A stretch of 64,000 bases of DNA from Candidatus Binataceae bacterium (GTDB lineage: Bacteria > Desulfobacterota > Binatia > Binatales > Binataceae), in contig DASPOF010000070.1 of the NCBI GenBank assembly GCA_035626155.1, positions 12,619 to 76,618 of the forward strand, read 5' to 3'. This document shows positions 58,460-64,000 of this stretch, piece by piece. Below the pieces are notes generated by a model. The model worked only from the letters and a program-made list of their open reading frames with translations, did no database searches and was not told where the DNA came from. Both the position numbers and the translations under genes were made by a program. The stretch's first letter is position 1, and each line of letters opens with the position of its first letter.

Positions 58460-59587
58460 TCAGCGAACGCGACTGAGCACGGGGCGCGCCTCGACCAGCA
58501 AATCCGGCCCGACGCGCCGAATCGCGATATCGGCGAGCGAAATCGAATCGCGGATGTTTCGAGTCGCAAGTCCCGCCAGTGCGGGCAGCCCGTCGCCGAC
58601 GAGCTTGGGCGCGATAAAGAACGCGACGCGGTCCACGATGCCCGATGCGAGCGCAGAGGCGCCCAAATGCGCGCCGCCCTCGATCATGACCCTGCACCAC
58701 CCGCGCCGCCCGAACTCCCGCATCAATGCGTCCAATGCAATTTCCCTGTGCCGCGCCGCAATCGCCAGCACTTCGACCCTGTCATTGCGGTAACGGCGCC
58801 GGGCGCGCGCAAGATTGGCGCGAGTAGTCACGATGATCGCAGGCGCGCTCGATCGCTCGGTGAAAACCAGCGCGCGGGCAGGCGTGCGCAGCCGCGCATC
58901 GACGATAACGCGCACCGGGTCGCGCCCGCCTGGGACTCGGCACGTCAGGCGTGGATTGTCGGCGAGCACGGTGCCCGCGCCGGCCACGACCGCGTCGCAC
59001 TCGGCGCGCCATCGATGCACCAACCTCCGCGACTGGGCCGAGCTGATCCATCGCGAGTCGCCGCTCGCCGCCGCGATTCTTCCGTCCAGCGACATCGCAA
59101 GCTTCAGGATTCCGAAGGGACGCCGGCGCGCCACCCGGGTGAAGAAGCCCTCGTTGAGGGCGCGGCATTCGTTCTCGAGCACGCCGACAGTTACGTCGAT
59201 TCCCGCGCGGCGCAGGATCGCGATCCCGCGCCCGCGCACCGGCGGATAGGAATCTAGGCATCCGACCACGACGCGGCGCACGCCGGCCTGGACCAGAGCG
59301 CGCGCACATGGCGGCGTCCGCCCGCGATGCGCGCAGGGCTCGAGCGATACGTATGCGGTTGCGCCGCGCGCCCGCGCGCCCGCATCGGCAAGCGCCACGG
59401 CCTCCGCGTGCGGACGCCCGCCCGCACCGGTCACTCCTTTGCCGACGACCCGGCGGCCGCGCGCGATCACGCATCCGACGACCGGATTGGGCGACGTCCG
59501 GCCGAGCATCGGCTCGGCGAGCGCCAAGGCGCGGCGCATGAAGCGGCGGTCGAGCGCAGTCAGCCGCGCGTCAGGAAGTCGTGTCAC
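58460..59587 (-). CDS. ribD: Riboflavin biosynthesis protein RibD (deaminase/reductase).
   Basis: ...[11 protein letters not shown]...[16 protein letters not shown]... (the deaminase zinc motif). The start may be the internal MRRALALA, which would remove the overlap with nrdR. Confidence 0.85.
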   Translation of the reverse strand: MTRLPDARLTALDRRFMRRALALAEPMLGRTSPNPVVGCVIARGRRVVGKGVTGAGGRPHAEAVALADAGARARGATAYVSLEPCAHRGRTPPCARALVQAGVRRVVVGCLDSYPPVRGRGIAILRRAGIDVTVGVLENECRALNEGFFTRVARRRPFGILKLAMSLDGRIAAASGDSRWISSAQSRRLVHRWRAECDAVVAGAGTVLADNPRLTCRVPGGRDPVRVIVDARLRTPARALVFTERSSAPAIIVTTRANLARARRRYRNDRVEVLAIAARHREIALDALMREFGRRGWCRVMIEGGAHLGASALASGIVDRVAFFIAPKLVGDGLPALAGLATRNIRDSISLADIAIRRVGPDLLVEARPVLSRVR

Positions 59588-60083
59588 CCTTTTTTTCGCG
59601 CGGGCGAGATTCGCCGACAGGGGTTTCCTTGCGCAACTGGATCAGGTCCTCCAGCTCGTGCATGAACTCGTCGATATCCTTGAACGATCGATAGACCGAC
59701 GCGAACCGCACATAGGCGACCTGGTCGATCCGGTGCAACTCGTTCATCACCGCGGTGCCGATGAAGGAGCTCGGGATTTCCTTGCTGCCGCTTTCGATCG
59801 CCTGGCTCTCGATGCGGTTGGCGATTTCCTCGATGGTCGCCGTCGATACCGGCCGTTTCTCGCACGCCCGCTTGAGCCCGGCGATTATCTTGTTGCGATC
59901 GAAGAGTTCGCGCCGCCCATCCTTTTTCACGACCACCGGGGTGGTTTCCTCGACCTGCTCGTAGGTCGTGAAGCGCCGCTTGCACGACGAACATTGGCGG
60001 CGGCGGCGGATCCGCGTGCCGTCGACCGACATGCGCGAGTCGATCACGCGGTTTCCGCGATGGTGGCAGAACGGGCACTTCAT
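59571..60083 (-). CDS. nrdR: Transcriptional repressor NrdR.
   Basis: [17 protein letters not shown]...[16 protein letters not shown]... (a zinc ribbon plus an ATP-cone). Confidence 0.9.
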   Translation of the reverse strand: MKCPFCHHRGNRVIDSRMSVDGTRIRRRRQCSSCKRRFTTYEQVEETTPVVVKKDGRRELFDRNKIIAGLKRACEKRPVSTATIEEIANRIESQAIESGSKEIPSSFIGTAVMNELHRIDQVAYVRFASVYRSFKDIDEFMHELEDLIQLRKETPVGESRPREKKGDTTS

Positions 60084-60198
60084 CGCTGGCGCCCATCGTA
60101 TCGCGCCGCGAGCATGCCGAGGCGATCGCCGCCATCACGCGCAGCTCGATCGCAAGCGGCGAATTTGATCTCAGGGAGTCGAAATGACGGAGGCGAAA

Positions 60199-60438
60199 TC
60201 AGCTCTTGTGGGCCTCGATATAATTGACGACGTCCTTGACTGTGCGGATCTTCTCGGCGTCCTCGTCGGATATCTCGATGTTGAACTCTTCCTCGAGGGC
60301 CATCACCAGCTCCACGATGTCGAGCGAGTCTGCGCCGAGGTCCTCGATAAACGATGCCTCCGGGGTAACTTCGTCGGCGGCCACCCCGAGCTGCTCGCTG
60401 ATCTTCTCGCGAACCTTGGTTTCGATATCTGAAGCCAT
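60199..60438 (-). CDS. acpP: Acyl carrier protein.
   Basis: ...[19 protein letters not shown]... (the phosphopantetheine Ser). Confidence 0.95.
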   Translation of the reverse strand: MASDIETKVREKISEQLGVAADEVTPEASFIEDLGADSLDIVELVMALEEEFNIEISDEDAEKIRTVKDVVNYIEAHKS

Positions 60439-60659
60439 CGTGCTCTAGATCCTCCTGCCAGCGCGGCATCTCGGGCCGCCTGCTACGATTCCGATTCGCG
60501 CGGCGAACCCATCAAGCCGCCGGTTCGCACATTGCGCCCCGCCGGCGGCATCGGGGCAGATCATCGGCGCCTTGGCCAAGTAACAGGGCAGCATAAGGAG
60601 TTGGGGGCGTCTAGGCAAGTTGGCCGGCGACGCCGCTTGAGGTCTCCCCTGGGCGGCCC

Positions 60660-61595
60660 TCACCCGGCAAATCCATCCTTGACGGTCTTGAGCGATGCGA
60701 GGTCCTCGAGCGGCCTGACCTTCATGTTCCGGTCGATTCGCCGCATCAGTCCCATCAGCACGCGCCCGCCGAACTCGATGGCGTCGGTGATGCCGTCGGC
60801 CACCATCGTCCGCATCGATTCTTCCCAGCGCACCGGCGCGGTGATCTGGTCGAGCAGCAGCGGCGCGACGTGGGCGGGATCGCGATTTGCCCGCGCGGTG
60901 ACGTTCGCGATCACCGGGAATTTGAATGGTCCGGGCGCGAGCTTCTCGAGCACCGGCTTCATCCCGACTTTGACCGGCTCCATCAACGCGCAATGGAACG
61001 GCGCGCTGACCTTGAGTTCCTGCGACGCCGACGCGCCCCGCTGCTTGGCGAGTTCCAGCGCGCGCCGAACCGGACCTGCATGGCCCGCGATTACGATTTG
61101 ACCGGGCGCGTTGAGATTCGCCGGAGATGCGAACTCGCCATTGCCCGTCACCTGTTGGCAGATTTCGGCGACCGCGGGCATATCGAGACCGATGAGCGCC
61201 GCCATCGCGCCCTGCCCCGGCGGACACGCATCCTGCATGAGCCGCCCGCGCTCGCGCACGGCCCGAAGCGCGTCGGGGTAGTTGAGCACGCCCGCCGCCA
61301 CCAGCGCGCTGTACTCGCCGAGGCTGTGGCCGGCTGCGACCTCGGCCTTTGCGCCGATCTCGGACTCGAACACGCGCAGCGCCGCGATCGACACCGCAAG
61401 GATCGCCGGCTGCGTGTTCATCGTGAGCCTGAGTTCGTCCTCCGGTCCCTCGAAGCAAACGCGCGAGAGCTTGAACCCGAGCGCGTCGTCGGCCTCCTCG
61501 AGCGCGGTGCGCGCGGCGGCGAAATTCTCCGCCAGTTCCGCGCCCATCCCCACGCGTTGCGAGCCTTGCCCGGGAAAGAGAAATGCCAGCTTCAT
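60660..61595 (-). CDS. fabD: Malonyl CoA-acyl carrier protein transacylase.
   Basis: MKLAFLFPGQGSQRVGMG...AGHSLGEYSAL.... Confidence 0.9.
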   Translation of the reverse strand: MKLAFLFPGQGSQRVGMGAELAENFAAARTALEEADDALGFKLSRVCFEGPEDELRLTMNTQPAILAVSIAALRVFESEIGAKAEVAAGHSLGEYSALVAAGVLNYPDALRAVRERGRLMQDACPPGQGAMAALIGLDMPAVAEICQQVTGNGEFASPANLNAPGQIVIAGHAGPVRRALELAKQRGASASQELKVSAPFHCALMEPVKVGMKPVLEKLAPGPFKFPVIANVTARANRDPAHVAPLLLDQITAPVRWEESMRTMVADGITDAIEFGGRVLMGLMRRIDRNMKVRPLEDLASLKTVKDGFAG

Positions 61596-61630
61596 GTCCT
61601 GCAAGTCCGATTAGCGAGACCGTTCGGCGC

Positions 61631-62989
61631 TTACGAAGGTCTCGGTTTGTCCGCAGTCGCGGACTCGTGTGCGTCGCCTGAATCTTTAGCCGGCGCGGCT
61701 TCTGCTGCGCCCTGATCCTCCGGCTGCGGGCGAGCGCCGTTGCCCGATGGCGCTACGGCACCCGCATCCAGGGGCCCGGTGACTCGCCCGTGCCGCTGCG
61801 CGCCCGCATCACCGGGACGCTCGCGCAAGCCTAATTCGCCCTGAGCCGCGGCGATCGTCTCCCTGGACGGCTCTTCAGCCCCCACAGGCTTGGCCGCCTC
61901 GGGCTCCCTGGGATGGCGCTGCAGGCGCTCGCGCATGCGCTGGAACAACGCACGAATTCCCTTGCCCGCAGGCTTTTCTGCGACGGTAGGTTTCCCCTTG
62001 GCGAGAATCTCGGAAATTTCCGCGTTGACCTGGCGCACCAGCGCTTCGTTTGCCGCGGCGCGCACCGCGTTGCGGATCCCGCGCGCGTTTGACGAACCGT
62101 GCGCGATAATCGTAACGCCGTTCACTCCGAGCAGCGGAGCGCCGCCATACTCATACGGGTCCAGCCGATCGCGCATCTGGCCGAGCCGCTTGCGCGCGAG
62201 CAAATACGCGAGCCTGCCGCGCCAATTGCCGCCCAGCGCCTCGCGCAGATTGGCGAGCATGAACGATGCGAACCCCTCCATCGTCTTGAGCGCGATATTC
62301 CCCGTGAATCCGTCCGTCACCACCACATCGACTTTGCCGCGATTGATATCGTGTCCCTCGACGTAGCCGACGTAGTTCACCCATGCTGACATCTGCGCCA
62401 GCGTCGCCGCCGCTGCGCGCGTCGCCTCGGTCCCCTTGGATGCCTCCTCGCCGTTGGACAGGATGCCGACGCGGGGATGAAGCGCCTTGCGCACGCGGCG
62501 CCAATAGACGCTCCCCATCACGGCGAACTGCACCAGGTTCACCGGTTTGACTTCGGTGTTCGCGCCGGCGTCGATGAGCAAGGCCTGGCCGTGCGTGGTC
62601 GGAACCAGCGATGCGATCGCGGGCCTATCGACGTTGGCGAGATTGCCCAACACGACCATCGCCGCGGTCATCACCGCGCCGGAGTTTCCAGCGCTCACGA
62701 ATCCGTCCGCGCGCCCGTCCTTGACCAGTTCGCAGCCGACGTGAATCGACGAGCCGGTTTTGGTGATCGCAGACTCAAGCGGCGACTCGTCCATGGTGAC
62801 GACTTCGGGGGCGTGCTCGATCCGGATCGGGAGGCCCTCGGTCTGATGTTCGGCGAGTTCGCGCGCGACGATCTCACGGTCGCCGACCAGGACGACCGAG
62901 ATTGCGAAGTCGCGCGCGGCGAGCACGCCGCCCTCGACCGCGGCCTTTGGGGCGAGGTCCCCGCCCATCGCGTCCAGCGCGATTCTCAC
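61631..62989 (-). CDS. plsX: Phosphate acyltransferase PlsX, with a roughly 110-aa low-complexity C-terminal extension.
   Basis: MRIALDAMGGDLAP...SAGNSGAVM.... The PlsX core is about 340 aa. The C-terminal tail is Pro/Ala/Glu/Gly-rich. Confidence 0.9.
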   Translation of the reverse strand: MRIALDAMGGDLAPKAAVEGGVLAARDFAISVVLVGDREIVARELAEHQTEGLPIRIEHAPEVVTMDESPLESAITKTGSSIHVGCELVKDGRADGFVSAGNSGAVMTAAMVVLGNLANVDRPAIASLVPTTHGQALLIDAGANTEVKPVNLVQFAVMGSVYWRRVRKALHPRVGILSNGEEASKGTEATRAAAATLAQMSAWVNYVGYVEGHDINRGKVDVVVTDGFTGNIALKTMEGFASFMLANLREALGGNWRGRLAYLLARKRLGQMRDRLDPYEYGGAPLLGVNGVTIIAHGSSNARGIRNAVRAAANEALVRQVNAEISEILAKGKPTVAEKPAGKGIRALFQRMRERLQRHPREPEAAKPVGAEEPSRETIAAAQGELGLRERPGDAGAQRHGRVTGPLDAGAVAPSGNGARPQPEDQGAAEAAPAKDSGDAHESATADKPRPS

Positions 62990-63007
62990 GGCGTCCTCCC
63001 GCCGCGC

Positions 63008-63187
63008 CTATTCTTCGGCCTCGGCGAGCTGCCGGCCGCGATAGGAGCCGCAATGGCGGCATACGCGATGCGGCATTACCGGCTCGCCGCAGCTTGGACA
63101 AGACCCGGGGTTAACCGCGCGCAGCGAGTCGTGCGCCCGGCGCTTGTTCTTCTTCGAGTGAGACGTGCGGCGTTTTGGTGCTTGCAT
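63008..63187 (-). CDS. rpmF: 50S ribosomal protein L32 (59 aa). It is below the ORF-track length cutoff.
   Basis: I translated the reverse strand myself: MQAPKRRTSHSKKNKRRAHDSLRAVNPGSCPSCGEPVMPHRVCRHCGSYRGRQLAEAEE*. It lies between yceD and plsX as in the conserved yceD-rpmF-plsX cluster. Confidence 0.8.
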   Translation of the reverse strand: MQAPKRRTSHSKKNKRRAHDSLRAVNPGSCPSCGEPVMPHRVCRHCGSYRGRQLAEAEE

Positions 63188-63223
63188 GGGAGATCGCTTC
63201 CTGCGTTTGGGGTTGGATGACTA

Positions 63224-63760
63224 TCAGCGGCGGCCGAGCTTGAGCGCGCCGAGCGCGGCAAACCTCGGATCGGCCTGCTTGACCCGGCATCCGCAGTCTC
63301 CGCTATTGAGGTTCGCGCCGCAATGCGGGCAGAGCCCCCGGCAATCCTCGCGGCATAGCGGCCGGGTCGGAAGTGCGAGGATGACCTGCTCGCGGACGAG
63401 CGGACTCAAATCGATCTCGTCGCCTTCATACAGCGAGAATTCGAGATCCTCGCTTCTGAGGTCGGTTTCCTTGTCGTAGCCAGCCGCCCTGGGCGCGAGC
63501 ACGAATCGAAACGGGCGATCGCTCGATGCGTCGAACTCCTCGGCGCATCGCGCGCAGGCAGCCCGGACGCGCGCCATCAGCCGCCCCGCGAAGAACAGGT
63601 CCATCCCAGCGCGATAATGCGTCAGGTTCACCTGCACGGGTCCTTCGACGTGGTATTCGCGCACCGGCCCCTGCTCGAGGATGCGGTTGATTTCGCCTTC
63701 CGGCTCGGCGAAGGAAATCTCCTTCGCCTCGGCGGTGATGTCTTCCAGCCGAAGTTTCAC
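63224..63760 (-). CDS. yceD: YceD/DUF177-family protein (large-subunit rRNA accumulation).
   Basis: A C-terminal Cys cluster ...CREDCRGLCPHCGANLNSGDCGC... and a position upstream of rpmF. Confidence 0.8.
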   Translation of the reverse strand: MKLRLEDITAEAKEISFAEPEGEINRILEQGPVREYHVEGPVQVNLTHYRAGMDLFFAGRLMARVRAACARCAEEFDASSDRPFRFVLAPRAAGYDKETDLRSEDLEFSLYEGDEIDLSPLVREQVILALPTRPLCREDCRGLCPHCGANLNSGDCGCRVKQADPRFAALGALKLGRR

Positions 63761-64000
63761 GGGAATATCGCCCCAAATCGCGGGGCTGAATTGGGAATTA
63801 TTGCACGTCTCCCCGTCAGTTCAAACAAGGCGCCCCGGCCACGGCGGGCTGCGGATCCGAGTGTTCGCAGCGGCTAAATTGCGGCGCCTTTTCGCCGGCC
63901 GCGTGCCCTGACACCTTCGCCGGATGCCTTCCTTCCCGGCGGCGTCACGCCAATCTTCGGGCAGTCGGGAGAAATCGCGCACATATCGCAGCGCGGCCTG

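Noticed and set aside
63076-63261. A 61-aa minus-strand ORF overlapping rpmF.
   Set aside because: It is in a different frame from the clear L32 reading frame, and the L32 translation is far more convincing.
1-64000. tRNA, rRNA, transposase, integrase and cas genes.
   Set aside because: By eye I found none of the following: a GGTTCGAATCC-type T-arm or cloverleaf candidate in the intergenic gaps, any DDE or tyrosine-recombinase-like ORF, or any rRNA-like stretch.

Overview
This is a high-GC bacterial chromosomal window of about 68% GC, Gram-negative in style (lptE, rlpA, a type-B sdhCAB). It is densely packed with core housekeeping genes, mostly on the minus strand. From left to right the recognisable genes are:
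- a partial DsbA-like oxidoreductase, a DUF3800-like gene in a lower-GC islet, then a TPR protein, dgt, rlpA and an HExxH lipoprotein
- a low-GC orphan membrane protein, a NUDIX hydrolase and recG
- a pyrimidine operon pyrR-pyrB*-pyrC-carA-carB with an attenuator-like terminator directly upstream of pyrR
- lepB-lepA, followed by an epimerase-ugd-GT2 sugar-activation operon
- a PfkB kinase, mtnP, rlmN and ndk
- a TCA block sucDC-sdhBAC-mdh-icd
- an acyl-CoA dehydrogenase and an ArnT/PMT-like glycosyltransferase
- a nitroreductase, a GATase1 protein, ruvBAC and yebC
- a glycan-assembly-like cluster: a PA14-tailed polytopic membrane protein, a CBM-like anchored protein and a 970-aa double GT-C fusion
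- an esterase, mazG, an ICMT-like methyltransferase and rpsT
- holA-lptE-nusB-ribBA-ribD-nrdR, then acpP-fabD-plsX-rpmF-yceD

The most unusual feature is pyrB*, a single 648-aa ORF. It fuses an aspartate carbamoyltransferase catalytic chain to a PyrI-type zinc domain and a C-terminal PyrR/PRTase-like domain. A separate canonical pyrR sits just upstream.

Other features worth follow-up:
- two related families of hairpin repeats, one of them with G-quadruplex-capable tails
- a perfect 20-bp palindrome upstream of the DUF3800-like gene
- the fused GT-C proteins

I found no CRISPR array, tRNA, rRNA or transposase. Many long ORFs in the supplied track are antisense or alternative-frame shadows typical of high-GC DNA; they are listed as rejected. 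All functional calls come from motif recognition by eye without database searches. Coordinates I read off the sequence myself (rpmF, repeats, adjusted starts) may be off by a base or two.
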